A DNA stretch of 63,810 bases, filler included, from Vicugna vicugna (GCA_013265495.1; 84 parts of 80 records of this genome joined end to end with filler, not necessarily neighbours in it), one strand, 5' to 3'. Counted from the whole stretch's first letter, positions 1-13,218 are shown. Notes: generated by a model not told the origin, from the sequence alone. Translations and numbers: made by a program.

Positions 1-427
1 GTTCAAAATACGGAATTCCATGGTTATGTAAACAATGTAAATAACTTATGTATTGGTGAGAATTCGCTCAAAGAGTTATTTCTGGTGCCAGATGTCCGAT
101 TTTATAACCTGGTGATAGAAAAATCTATGAAGTCAGAGTAAATAATTCTAAGTGTATATACGCATTGTTTGGTGGATGAAAGGTCAGTAATCCACATAGT
201 AGTCCACATGCTCACAAGTCAGAAAAGCATGATTGCCGAATCCGTCATGCATGTAGCATGTACGGATCCCAGAATGCCATGTTGATGGAATTCATGTAAA
301 TTACATACCTATTAGGTGGAAATCGCTGCACAAATATTTTTCGTGAAAAATGCACGAATTTGAACCTGGTTTCTGGGAAAGATTTTGAAAATGTGTACAC
401 GTGTCTAGATGAAAATATTACTTCTAT
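1..427 (+). repeat. Satellite S2 (AT-rich, three ~247-bp subunits)
   Basis: Shares ACGGAAT.CCATGGTTATGTAAACAATG and GGATGAAAGGTCAGTAATCCACAT with 28756-29464 and other scaffolds. Confidence 0.9.
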
Positions 428-527
428 NNNNNNNNNNNNNNNNNNNNNNNNNNNNNNNNNNNNNNNNNNNNTTAATTAATTAANNNNNNNNNNNNNNNNN
501 NNNNNNNNNNNNNNNNNNNNNNNNNNN
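428..527. other. Artificial scaffold-joining linker (44 N + TTAATTAATTAA + 44 N); first of about 83 such linkers in the window
   Basis: The same cassette recurs throughout (12-mer at 472, 1447, 2833 ... 63693). The palindromic 12-mer gives stops in all six frames, and the sequence on either side is usually unrelated. Confidence 0.98.
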
Positions 528-1402
528 GCAGCTCTCTTCAGTCACAGGTGTTACCTGTACGGGGAAGTCCGAAAAATACCTTCACTGACCTCGGGGAGGC
601 AGCCTGTGTCACTGGGATATCCTGCCAAAACCCCAAGCATTCCCTGGCACAGAGAAATTTGGAAAAACCTCAGGGGAGACGAGCTTAGGCTTTCCGTTAG
701 AACCCACGCGCTTCCGACCGTTGGAGGAACCTCCCCACGCTCAGGATTCCGGAACCATTGTCAGTGCGTGGAGGANNNNNNNNNNNNNNNNNNNNNNNNN
801 NNNNNNNNNNNNNNNNNNNNNNNNNNNNNNNNNNNNNNNNNNNNNNNNNNNNNNNNNNNNNNNNNNNNNNNNNNNNNNNNNNNNNNNNNNNNNNNNNNNN
901 NNNNNNNNNNNNNNNNNNNNNNNNNNNNNNNNNNNNNNNNNNNNNNNNNNNNNNGTTAGAACCCACGCGCTGCCGACCGTTGGAGGAACCTCCCCACGCT
1001 CAGGAATCTGGAACCATTGTCAGTGCGTGGGGGAGCTCGAGAGACAACTCCACGCAGCTCTCTTAATTCACAGGTATTTCCTGTTCGGGGAAGTCCGAGA
1101 AATACCTTCCCTGACCTTGGGGAGGCAGCCTCTGTCACTGGGATATGCGGCAAACCCCCCTAGCATTCCCTGGCATGGGGATATTAGGAAAACGCTCAGG
1201 GGAGACGAGCTTAGGCTTTCTGTTAGAACCAACGCGCTGCCGACCGTTGGTGGAACCTCCCCACTCTCAGGATTCCGGAAACTTTGTCAGTGCGTGGGGG
1301 AGATCGAGGGACAAATCCACGCATCTCTCTTCAGTCACAGGTGTTCCCTGTTCGGAGAGTCCGAGAAATAACTTCCCTGAACTTGGGGAGCCAGCCTCTG
1401 TC
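528..1402 (+). repeat. Satellite S1 (GC-rich 267-bp monomer), gapped
   Basis: Tandem copies of GAACCCACGCGCTGCCGACCGTTGGTGGAACCTCCCCACGCTCAGGATTCCGGAACC. Confidence 0.95.
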
Positions 1403-1502
1403 NNNNNNNNNNNNNNNNNNNNNNNNNNNNNNNNNNNNNNNNNNNNTTAATTAATTAANNNNNNNNNNNNNNNNNNNNNNNNNNNNNNNNNNNNNNNNNN
1501 NN

Positions 1503-2788
1503 CCTAGCATTCCCTGGCAAAGAGATATTAGGAAAATCCTCAGGGGAAACCAGCACAGGCATTCCGTTGGAACCCACGCGCTGCCGACTGTTGGTGGAAC
1601 CTCCCCACGCTCATTGTTCCGGAACCATTGTCAGTGCGCGGGAGAGCTCGAGAGACAGCTCCACGCAGCTCTGTACAGTCACAGGTGTTCCATGTCCGGG
1701 GAAGTCCGGGAAATACCTTCCCAGACTTGGGGAGGCAGCCTCTGTCACTGGGATTTCTGGAAACCCCCCTAGCATTCCCTGGCACAGAGACATTAGGAAA
1801 ACCATCAGGGGAGACCAACTCAGGCATTCCGTTGGAACCCACGCGCTGCCGACCGTTGGTGGAACCTCCCGACGCTCAGCATTCTGGAACCATTGTCAGT
1901 GCTTAGGGGAGCTCGAGAGACAGCTCCACGCAGCTCTCTTCAGTCACAGGTGTTCCCTGTCCGGGGAAGTCCGAGAAATACCTTCCCTGACCTTGGGGAA
2001 AATCCCTGCAAACCCCCCTAGCATTCCCTGGCACAGAGACATTAGGAAAACCATCAGGGGAGACCAACTCATGCATTCCGTTGTAACCGACGCGCTGCAG
2101 ACCTTTGGTCTAACCTCCCCACGCTCAGGGTTCCGGAATCATTGTCAGTGCGTGGGGGAGCTCGAGAGACAACTCCACGCACCTCTCTTCATTCACAGGT
2201 GTTCCCTGTACGGGTAAGTCCGAGAAATAATTTCCCTGACCTTTGGGAGGCAGCGTCTGTNNNNNNNNNNNNNNNNNNNNNNNNNNNNNNNNNNNNNNNN
2301 NNNNNNNNNNNNNNNNNNNNNNNNNNNNNNNNNNNNNNNNNNNNNNNNNNNNNNNNNNNNNNNNNNNNNNNNNNNNNNNNNNNNNNNNNNNNNNNNNNNN
2401 NNNNNNNNNNNNNNNNNNNNNNNNNNNNNNNNNNNNNNNNNNNNNNNNNNNNNNNNNNNNNNNNNNNNNNNNNNNNNNNNNNNNNNNNNNNNNNNNNNNN
2501 NNNNNNNNNNNNNNNNNNNNNNNNNNNNNNNNNNNNNNNNNNNNNNNNNNNNNNNNNNNNNNNNNNNNNNNNNNNNNNNNNNNNNNNNNNNNNNNNNNNN
2601 NNNNNNNNNNNNNNNNNNNNNNNNNNNNNGCGGACCGTTGGTGGATCCTCCCCACGCTCAGGATTCCGGAAACATTGTCAGTGCGTGGGGGATCTCGAGA
2701 GACAACTCCAAGCAGCTCTCTTCAGTCACAGGTGTTCCCTGAAAGGGGAAGTCTGAGAAATATCTTCCCTGACCTTGGGGAGGCAGCC
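1503..2788 (+). repeat. Satellite S1, gapped
   Basis: Several tandem monomers; one has a short internal deletion near 2000. Confidence 0.95.
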
Positions 2789-3269
2789 NNNNNNNNNNNN
2801 NNNNNNNNNNNNNNNNNNNNNNNNNNNNNNNNTTAATTAATTAANNNNNNNNNNNNNNNNNNNNNNNNNNNNNNNNNNNNNNNNNNNNGTTCTGCCTGGA
2901 ACCGCTTCCAGAACTCCAGAAGTAAGGTGACTAGTAGAGAGAGAGAACAGCAGAATGTGGATCTTCAGTGATGACTGATGCGTCAGAAATCTGTATTTAA
3001 TATTTGTTACACTTAACACTTTGGTAAATGGTTAATAAAATCACATTTTATTTATAGGCGATACTAAAGGGAAAGATGAGTTAATACCTTTTTTTAANNN
3101 NNNNNNNNNNNNNNNNNNNNNNNNNNNNNNNNNNNNNNNNNNNNNNNNNNNNNNNNNNAGCACTCTAGTCAGGGGAAAGTTATTAACGTGATGCTCAGAG
3201 GCAGGTGACTGTGTCTGATGCTAAAGTACCAGCAACCAGCACATTATGTTCACTAAAAACACCAATATT

Positions 3270-3373
3270 GGGGGGAAGGGTGGGTATAGCTCAGTGGTAG
3301 AGCACGTGCTAAGCATGTACAAGGTCCTGGGTTCAAGCCCCAGTACCCCCATTAAAAAAGAAGGTAAAAAAAA
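3270..3373 (+). mobile_element. tRNA-derived SINE (camelid-type)
   Basis: G-rich head, Pol III A box TAGCTCAGTGG, B box GGTTCAAGCC, CCCAGTACCCCC, then an A-rich tail. Family assignment is from recognition. Confidence 0.85.
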
Positions 3374-3740
3374 GCACAAGAAACTGTCACAATTTAAAAG
3401 CACTGCACAGTCCACCCTCCAAGTCTCCTCATCACATCCCTCTGTCTTTTCTGTCCGAAGGGCCTGAGGGTGTGGAAGGGGATTAGAATGCTTTAGTAAC
3501 CCCTGCATTTCTATTTTCCACCACCCCAGTCACACAAAATTAAAATAATATTCTTAAATATGGAAAACTGCCATTTTCCTCAATCTTGAGTAAACTAATT
3601 TTTAGAAATCATCATTCTGTTTTAAGACTAGTAACTTCAANNNNNNNNNNNNNNNNNNNNNNNNNNNNNNNNNNNNNNNNNNNNTTAATTAATTAANNNN
3701 NNNNNNNNNNNNNNNNNNNNNNNNNNNNNNNNNNNNNNNN

Positions 3741-4614
3741 TATAGAATATAGATTATAGATTATAGAACCCAGAATTTAGAAGAATGAATGCAGAACACA
3801 GAATTTTGAATATAGCATACGGAATACTGAATATAGAATTTAGAATATACTATGTAGAACACAGAATATAGAATGTAGAATACGAAATGCAGATATAGAA
3901 TACTGAATATAGAATGTAGTAAACTGATTATAGAATATGGAAAAAGAATACTGAAAACCGAATTTTGAACAAGAATGCAGAACACAGTATTTAGAATATA
4001 GAATACAGAATAGTGCATATAGAATTTAGAATGTGGAATGCGGAACACAGATTTTAGAATATAGAACACAGAATACTGAATATAGAATTTAGAACATGAA
4101 ATGCAGAACACACTATTTAGAATATAGAATACAGAATACTGAATTTAGAATTTAGAATATAGTTTGAGGAACACAGAATATAGAATATAGAATAAAGAAT
4201 ATTGAAACCATAATTCAGAACTTGGAATGCAGAACACAGAATTTACAATATAGAATAGAGAATACTGAAGATAGAATTTAGAATATAAAATGTAGAACAT
4301 AGCATAAAGAATATAGAATACGGAATGCAGAATATAGAATGTAGAATATAAAATGAAGAACACAAAATATAAAATATAGAATAGAGTATATAGAAAACAG
4401 AATTTAGAACATTGAATTGCAGAACACTGAATTTAGAATATAGTATACAGAATACTTAATAAACAATTTAANNNNNNNNNNNNNNNNNNNNNNNNNNNNN
4501 NNNNNNNNNNNNNNNNNNNNNNNNNNNNNNNNNNNNNNNNNNNNNNNNNNNNNNNNNNNNNNAAAAAAAAATAAAAAATAGAGCTTAAAGAATATTGAAG
4601 CCAGATTTTGGAAC
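3741..4614 (-). repeat. Satellite S3 (TTCNNNN heptamer, 63-bp higher-order period)
   Basis: GAA recurs every 7 bp. The GAATGCAGAAC-like landmark is at 3973, 4036, 4099 and 4225 (spacings 63, 63, 126). Confidence 0.93.
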
Positions 4615-4714
4615 NNNNNNNNNNNNNNNNNNNNNNNNNNNNNNNNNNNNNNNNNNNNTTAATTAATTAANNNNNNNNNNNNNNNNNNNNNNNNNNNNNN
4701 NNNNNNNNNNNNNN

Positions 4715-4944
4715 TCCTGGCCATCAGGGACCTCTGGGCTTCCTTCTTGCAGCTTCTGGTGGTGGGAAAACAAAGGGTCGAGTGTGAAGACCCAGCCGCC
4801 TGTGGCAAGCTGGCCAGAAGGTGGTTCTCAGGAAAGTCCCAGCAGTTGCTGCAAAGGTTCATCCTGGGGATTCTGTCCATGTGTCCCCTGCCCATCACTG
4901 GCTGCCAGTTTTCACTTAAGGTTGGTGGGGATGAATTCTAAGTT
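4715..4944. repeat. Low-copy duplicated sequence, paralogous to ~39570-39793
   Basis: CTCTGGGCTTCCTTCTTGCAGCTTCTGG...GATGAATTCTAAGTT occurs in both scaffolds with scattered substitutions. Confidence 0.9.
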
Positions 4945-5519
4945 NNNNNNNNNNNNNNNNNNNNNNNNNNNNNNNNNNNNNNNNNNNNNNNNNNNNNNNN
5001 NNNNNNNNNNNNNNNNNNNNNNNNNNNNNNNNNNNNNNNNNNNNNNNNNNNNNNNNNNNNNNNNNNNNNNNNNNNNNNNNNNNNCATTCAGAGGCACTGC
5101 AGAAACCTCACCTGCATCTGTTCATATGTGATGCCCTCCTCCATATCAAAGCTGGTGGGAAGACCTGAAATAGNNNNNNNNNNNNNNNNNNNNNNNNNNN
5201 NNNNNNNNNNNNNNNNNTTAATTAATTAANNNNNNNNNNNNNNNNNNNNNNNNNNNNNNNNNNNNNNNNNNNNCAAACCTTGTGATTATTATTTTCACAC
5301 AATATATAACAGTCAATTTAGCAGTAGCCATACAATTTTCAAAATTTTAGAAATGTGCTACAAATTTTCTTCCCCCCCAGTTCCCTTCTGTACTGTTTTG
5401 AAAATAAAATTAGCAATCAACTCAATATAATACACCATTTTAGGTTTTTCCAATTAACTTTCCAGATACTAGCACCCTAAGGCAACTGTTTATTAGTGTT
5501 GAGGCCTATAAAGATTTAC

Positions 5520-5610
5520 TCACTGAGGAAATATTTATGGAGTATCTATTAGCAGCAAGACTATAGAGATGTAATAGGGGTTCTGAATAAGTCAAGATTT
5601 TGTCCCTGAA
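5520..5610 (-). mobile_element. L2 3' end relic (tentative)
   Basis: Degenerate match to the antisense L2 end (aaatatttatggagtatcta...gaataagtcaaga...gtccctg). Confidence 0.4.
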
Positions 5611-5902
5611 TATATGCCGTAGCTCTCCCTGGTGACTGGGCATTACAATCACACATTTGATTTCCTCTGTTTAAGATTGGGAGAATGCTGAGAAAATCAA
5701 AGAGTAAAAATCAGAATTGGGAAAATGCTGAATCAGGATGGAGGCAAAGAGTAGAATTGATGTATCTGTGTTAAAGAAAAACTCAACAGGTGATTTTGAT
5801 GTNNNNNNNNNNNNNNNNNNNNNNNNNNNNNNNNNNNNNNNNNNNNTTAATTAATTAANNNNNNNNNNNNNNNNNNNNNNNNNNNNNNNNNNNNNNNNNN
5901 NN

Positions 5903-6136
5903 AATACTGAATATAGAATTTAGAATATAGAATTTTGAACACAAAATATAGAAAATATCATACAGAATACTAAATATAGAAGGAAGAAATTGGAATGCAG
6001 AACACAGAATTATAAAATAGAATAAAAAATACTGAATATAGAAGTTAGAATATAGAATGTAGAACACAGAATATAGAATAGAGAATAGAGAATAGAGAAC
6101 CCAGAATGTAGTACATGGAATGCAGAACACAGAATT
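5903..6136 (-). repeat. Satellite S3
   Basis: AGAATAT-type 7-bp periodicity. Confidence 0.92.
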
Positions 6137-6236
6137 NNNNNNNNNNNNNNNNNNNNNNNNNNNNNNNNNNNNNNNNNNNNTTAATTAATTAANNNNNNNN
6201 NNNNNNNNNNNNNNNNNNNNNNNNNNNNNNNNNNNN

Positions 6237-7189
6237 CTCTCTTCAGTCACAGGTGTTCCCTGTTCATGGAAGTCTGAGAAAAACCTTCCCTGAACTTGGG
6301 GAGTAAGCCTCTGTCACCGGGATATCCTGCAAACATCCCTTGCATTCCCTGGCACAGAGACATTAGGAAAAACCTCAGGGGAGACGTTAGAACCCGCTGC
6401 CGACCTTTGGTGGAACCTCTGCACGCTCAGGATTCCGGGTCCATTGTCAGTGCGTGGGGGAGCTCGAGAGACAACTCCAAGAAGCTCTCTTCAGTCACAG
6501 GTGTTCAATGTTCGGGGAATACGAGAAATACCTTCCCTTACCATGGGGAGACAGCTTCTGTCACTGAGATATCCTGCAAACACTCCTAGCATTCCCTGGC
6601 ACCGAGACATTAGGAAAAACCTCAGGGGAGACGACCATATGCTTTCAGTTTGAACCCACGCGCTGCCGACCGTTGGTGGAACTTCCACACGCTCAGGATT
6701 CCGGGACCATTGTCAGTGCATGGGGGAGCTCGAGAGACAAATCCACGCAGCTCTCTTCAGTCATAGGTGTTCACTGTTCGGGGAAGTCCGAGAAATAACT
6801 TCCCTGACCATGGGGAGTCAGCCTCTATCACTGGGATATCTTGCAAAGCCCCCTAGCATTCCCTGGAACAGAGACATTAGGAAAATCCTCAGGGGAGACG
6901 AGCTTAGGCACTCCGTTTGAACCCATGCTCTGCCGACCGTTGGTGGAACCTCCCCGCGCTCAGCATTCCGTAACCATTGTCAGTGCGTGGGGGAGCCCGA
7001 GAGACAACTCCACGCAGCTCTCTTCAATCACAGGTGTTCCCTGGTCGGTGAAGTCCGAGAAATACTTTCCCTGACCTTGGGGAGGCAACCTCTGACACTG
7101 GGATATCCTGCAAACCCCCATAAAATTCCCTGGCAAGGAGACACTAGGAAAACCCTCAGGGGATTCGAGCTTAGGCTTTCCGTTAGAAC
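6237..7189 (+). repeat. Satellite S1
   Basis: About 3.5 tandem monomers, one with an internal deletion near 6387. Confidence 0.95.
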
Positions 7190-7289
7190 NNNNNNNNNNN
7201 NNNNNNNNNNNNNNNNNNNNNNNNNNNNNNNNNTTAATTAATTAANNNNNNNNNNNNNNNNNNNNNNNNNNNNNNNNNNNNNNNNNNNN

Positions 7290-8163
7290 TGTTCGGGGAA
7301 GTCCGAGAAATAACTTCCCTGACTTTGGGGAAGCTGCCTCGGACACTGGGATATCCTGCAATAACCCCAAGCATTCCCTGGCAGAGAGACATTAGGAATA
7401 CCCTAAGGGGAGAAGAGCTTAGGCATTCCGATAGAACCCACGCGCTGCCGACCGTTGGTGGAACCTCCCCACGCTCAGGATTCCGGAAACATTGTCAGTG
7501 CGTGGGGGAGGTCGAGAGGCAACTCCACACAGCTCTCTTCATTCACAGGTGTTCCATGTTCGGGGAAGTCCGAGAAATAACTTCCCTGAACTTGGGGAGG
7601 CAGCCTCTGTCACTGGGATATCCTGCAAACCCCCCTAGCATTCCCTGGCACAGAGACATTTGGAAAACCCTCAGGGGAGAATAGCTTAGGCTTTCCGTTA
7701 GAACCCACGCGCTGCCGACCGTTGGTGGAACCTCCCCACGCTCAGGATTCCGGAACTATTGTCAGTGCGTGGATAAGCCCGAGAGACAACTCCACGCATC
7801 TCTCTTCAGTCACAGGTGTTCCCTGCTCGGGGAAGTCCGAGAAATAACTTCCCTGAAGCCTCGGTCACTGAGATATCCTGCAATCACCCCTAGCATTCCC
7901 TGGCACATAGATATTAGGAAAAAACTTAGGGGAGACGAGCTTTGGCATTTCGTTAGAACCCACGCGCTGCCGACAGATGTTGGAATCTCCCCACACTCAG
8001 GATTCCGGAACAATTGTGAGTGCGTGGGGGAGCTAGAGAGATAACTCCACGCAGTTCTCTTCATTCACATGAGTTCCCTGTTCGAGGAAGTCCGAGAAAT
8101 AACTTCCCTGACCGTGGTTATGCAGCCTCGGACACTGGGATATCCTGCAATCACCCCTAGCAT
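7290..8163 (+). repeat. Satellite S1
   Basis: GAACCCACGCG at 7434 and 7701 defines a 267-bp period. Confidence 0.97.
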
Positions 8164-8263
8164 NNNNNNNNNNNNNNNNNNNNNNNNNNNNNNNNNNNNN
8201 NNNNNNNTTAATTAATTAANNNNNNNNNNNNNNNNNNNNNNNNNNNNNNNNNNNNNNNNNNNN

Positions 8264-8998
8264 CATATCTGTTAGTTTGAAATCGCTCCAGAACTATTTT
8301 TCTTTGAAGAAAGCACGAATTGGAATCTGGTTTTATGGAAAGCTTGTGAAAATGTGTACACGAGTCTAGATGATAATATTCCTTATATAGAGGATGAAAT
8401 ATTAGTAATCCACATGCTCTCAACTCAGGAATGCATGTTTGTCAAATCCGTCATGTATGTAGCATGTAATGAACAGGGAATATCATGTAGATGGAATCTA
8501 TTCAAATTACATATCTCTAGGTTAGAATTCGCTCCAAGATATTTTTTCTGGGATNNNNNNNNNNNNNNNNNNNNNNNNNNNNNNNNNNNNNNNNNNNNNN
8601 NNNNNNNNNNNNNNNNNNNNNNNNNNNNNNNNNNNNNNNNNNNNNNNNNNNNNNNNNNNNNNNNNNNNNNNNNNNNNNNNNNNNNNNNNNNNNNNNNNNN
8701 NNNNNNNNNNNNNNNNNNNNNNNNNNNNNNNNNNNNNNNNNNNNNNNNNNNNNNNNNNNNNNNNNNNNNNNNNNNNNNNNNNNNNNNNNNNNNNNNNNNN
8801 NNNNNNNNNNNNNNNNNNNNNNNNNNNNNNNNNNNNGGTGATAGAAAAAACTATGAAGTCTGAGTAAATATTTCTAAGCCTATATACACCTTGTTTGGTG
8901 GATGAAAGGTCAGTAATCCACATGCTCACAATCCACAAACGTATGTATGCCGTATCCGTCATATATGCAGCATGTACGGAACCCGGAATGCCATGTTG
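8264..8998 (+). repeat. Satellite S2, gapped
   Basis: Same subunit motifs as 28756-29464. Confidence 0.9.
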
Positions 8999-9098
8999 NN
9001 NNNNNNNNNNNNNNNNNNNNNNNNNNNNNNNNNNNNNNNNNNTTAATTAATTAANNNNNNNNNNNNNNNNNNNNNNNNNNNNNNNNNNNNNNNNNNNN

Positions 9099-9965
<867 letters not shown>

Positions 9966-10065
9966 NNNNNNNNNNNNNNNNNNNNNNNNNNNNNNNNNNN
10001 NNNNNNNNNTTAATTAATTAANNNNNNNNNNNNNNNNNNNNNNNNNNNNNNNNNNNNNNNNNNNN

Positions 10066-10651
10066 GTTCCCTTTTCGGGGAAGTCCGAGAAATACATTCC
10101 CTGACCTTGGCTAGGCATCCTCGGTCACTGTTATATCCTGCAATCACACCTAGCTTTCCCTGGCTCAGAGACATTAGGAAAATCCTCAGGGGAGACGAGC
10201 TTATTCATTCCGTAAGAACCCACGCGCTGCCGACCGTTGGTGGAACCTCCCCACCCTCAATTGTCAGTGCGTGGGGGAGTTCGAAAGACAACTCCAGGCA
10301 GCTCTCTTCAGTCACAGGAGTTCCCTGTTCGGGGAAGTCCAGGAAATAACTTCCCTGAACTTGGGGAGGCAGCCTCGGTCACTGGGATATCCTGCAATCA
10401 CCCATAGCATTCCCTGGCACAGAGATATTAGGAAAACCCTCTGGGTAGTCGAGCTTAGGCATTCCGTTAGAACCCACGCGCTGCCGACCGTTGGTGGAAA
10501 TTCCACACGCTCAGGATTCCGGAACCATTGTCTGTGCGGCGGGAGCTCGAGAGACACCTACACGCAGCTCTCTTCATTCACATGTGTTCCCTGTTCGGGG
10601 AAGTAGGAGAAATAACTTCCCAGAACTTGGGGAGGCAGCCTCGGTCATTGG
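10066..10651 (+). repeat. Satellite S1
   Basis: About two monomers, with a small deletion near 10258. Confidence 0.95.
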
Positions 10652-10751
10652 NNNNNNNNNNNNNNNNNNNNNNNNNNNNNNNNNNNNNNNNNNNNTTAAT
10701 TAATTAANNNNNNNNNNNNNNNNNNNNNNNNNNNNNNNNNNNNNNNNNNNN

Positions 10752-11238
10752 ATTGTATATTCTAAATTCTATATTCAGTATTCTGTGTTCTATATATCAA
10801 ATTCTGTGTTCTGCATTCCATGTTCTAAATTCTATGTTCTGTATTCTGTTTTCCATATTCTATATACTGTTTTCTCATTCTATATTCTGTATTATATATT
10901 CTGTGTTCCGTAATCTATATTCTATATTCTGAGTTCTACATTCTATATTGTGTACCCTTTATTCTAATTTCTGTGTTCTGAATTCCATGTTTAAATTCTG
11001 GGTTCTGTATTCTGTATTCTATATTCTATATTGTGTCTTCTACATTCTATAATCTACATTCTATATCCTGTATTCTGTATATTGTATTGTATATTTTATA
11101 TACTGTGTTCTGAATTCCTTGTTCTAAATTCTGAGTTCTGCATTCTGTATTCTGTATACAATATTCTTTGTTCTACATATGTGTTCTGCTTAAAATGTTC
11201 TTTATTTTGGATTCTATATTATATATACTACATTCTAT
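10752..11238 (+). repeat. Satellite S3
   Basis: TTCTATA/TTCTGTG/TTCTAAA heptamers. Confidence 0.92.
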
Positions 11239-11338
11239 NNNNNNNNNNNNNNNNNNNNNNNNNNNNNNNNNNNNNNNNNNNNTTAATTAATTAANNNNNN
11301 NNNNNNNNNNNNNNNNNNNNNNNNNNNNNNNNNNNNNN

Positions 11339-12419
11339 TCCTACATTCTATATTCTAAATTCTGTATTCAGTATTCTGTATTGCATATTCTATATTTTAA
11401 ATTCTGAGTTCTGCATTCCATGTTCTTAATTCTGGGTTCTATATTCTCTATTCTCTAATCTATATTCTGTGTTCTATATTCTTTATTATAAATTATATAT
11501 TCAGTATTCTGTATTCTATATTCTAAATTCTCTATTATGCATTCCAAGTTCTAAATACTTTATTCAGTATTCTGTATTCTATATTCTATATTNNNNNNNN
11601 NNNNNNNNNNNNNNNNNNNNNNNNNNNNNNNNNNNNNNNNNNNNNNNNNNNNNNNNNNNNNNNNNNNNNNNNNNNNNNNNNNNNNNNNNNNNNNNNNNNN
11701 NNNNNNNNNNNNNNNNNNNNNNNNNNNNNNNNNNNNNNNNNNNNNNNNNNNNNNNNNNNNNNNNNNNNNNNNNNNNNNNNNNNNNNNNNNNNNNNNNNNN
11801 NNNNNNNNNNNNNNNNNNNNNNNNNNNNNNNNNNNNNNNNNNNNNNNNNNNNNNNNNNNNNNNNNNNNNNNNNNNNNNNNNNNNNNNNNNNNNNNNNNNN
11901 NNNNNNNNNNNNNNNNNNNNNNNNNNNNNNNNNNNNNNNNNNNNNNNNNNNNNNNNNNNNNNNNNNNNNNNNNNNNNNNNNNNNNNNNNNNNNNNNNNNN
12001 NNNNNNNNNNNNNNNNNNNNNNNNNNNNNNNNNNNNNNNNNNNNNNNNNNNNNNNNNNNNNNNNNNNNNNNNNNNNNNNNNNNNNNNNNNNNNNNNNNNN
12101 NNNNNNNNNNNNNNNNNNNNNNNNNNNNNNNNNNNNNNNNNNNNNNNNNNNNNNNNNNNNNNNNNNNNNNNNNNNNNNNNNNNNNNNNNNNNNNNNNNNN
12201 NNNNNNNNNNNNNNNNNNNNNNNNNNNNNNNNNNNNNNNNNNNNNNNNNNNNNNNNNNNNNNNNNNNNNNNTTCTATCTTCAGTATTCTGTATTCTGTAT
12301 TCTAAATTCTGTGTTCTGCATTCCATGTTCTAAATTCTGGCTTCTATATTCTCTATCCTCTTTTCTATATTCTGTGTTCTATATTCTATATTATAAATTA
12401 TATATTCAGTATTCTGTAT
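11339..12419 (+). repeat. Satellite S3, gapped
   Basis: Heptamer periodicity on both sides of the gap. Confidence 0.92.
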
Positions 12420-12519
12420 NNNNNNNNNNNNNNNNNNNNNNNNNNNNNNNNNNNNNNNNNNNNTTAATTAATTAANNNNNNNNNNNNNNNNNNNNNNNNN
12501 NNNNNNNNNNNNNNNNNNN

Positions 12520-13218
12520 AGTTTTTTCTGGGGTCAAATTGTGATTATTGAAACTGGTGATAGGTAGATGTTACGAAGACAAAGTAAATATTTCAAAGTG
12601 CATATGTACCCTGTTATGGTTGAAACATCAGTCATGCGCATTTTCACAACGCAGAAATGCCTGTTTGAGGAATCCTTGTGCATGAAACATGTTCCAAATA
12701 CGGAATGCCATGGTTATTTAAACAATGTTCATTACATGTGTATTGTTGAGAATTCGCTCAAAGAGATTATTTTGGTGCCTTATGTCCTATTTTAGGAAAT
12801 GGTGATTTAAAAAACCTATGAAGTCAGAGTAAATTTTTCTAAGAAAAAATATGCATTGTTTCGTGGATGAAAGGTCAGTAATCCACATTCTCAAAACTCA
12901 GAAACTCATGTTTGTCGAATCCGACATGCATGTCGCATGTACGGAAACCGGAATGCCATGTTGATGGAATNNNNNNNNNNNNNNNNNNNNNNNNNNNNNN
13001 NNNNNNNNNNNNNNNNNNNNNNNNNNNNNNNNNNNNNNNNNNNNNNNNNNNNNNNNNNNNNNNNNNNNNNNNNNNNNNNNNNNNNNNNNNNNNNNNNNNN
13101 NNNNNNNNNNNNNNNNNNNNNNNNNNNNNNNNNNNNNNNNNNNNNNNNNNNNNNNNNNNNNNNNNNNNTGTTACATGAAACATGTTCAGAATACGGAATG
13201 CCATGGTTATGTAAAGAA
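12520..13218 (+). repeat. Satellite S2, gapped
   Basis: Subunit motifs CGGAATGCCATGGTTAT and CCGGAATGCCATGTTGATGG. Confidence 0.9.

Noticed and set aside
472..483. Regularly recurring TTAATTAATTAA as a CRISPR-like repeat or homeodomain/PacI site array
   Set aside because: It is always centred in N runs (44+44 where counted); it is an assembly linker, not biology.
3280..3350. Possible tRNA gene
   Set aside because: It has A/B boxes but also a G-rich head and an A-rich tail, with degenerate copies at 27336 and 20472; this is a SINE.
7440..7480. Homology between the S1/S4 and S2/S5 superfamilies (TTGGTGGA...CCAC..GCTCA)
   Set aside because: Only short motifs with different spacing and no colinear alignment visible; the periods differ (267 vs ~247).
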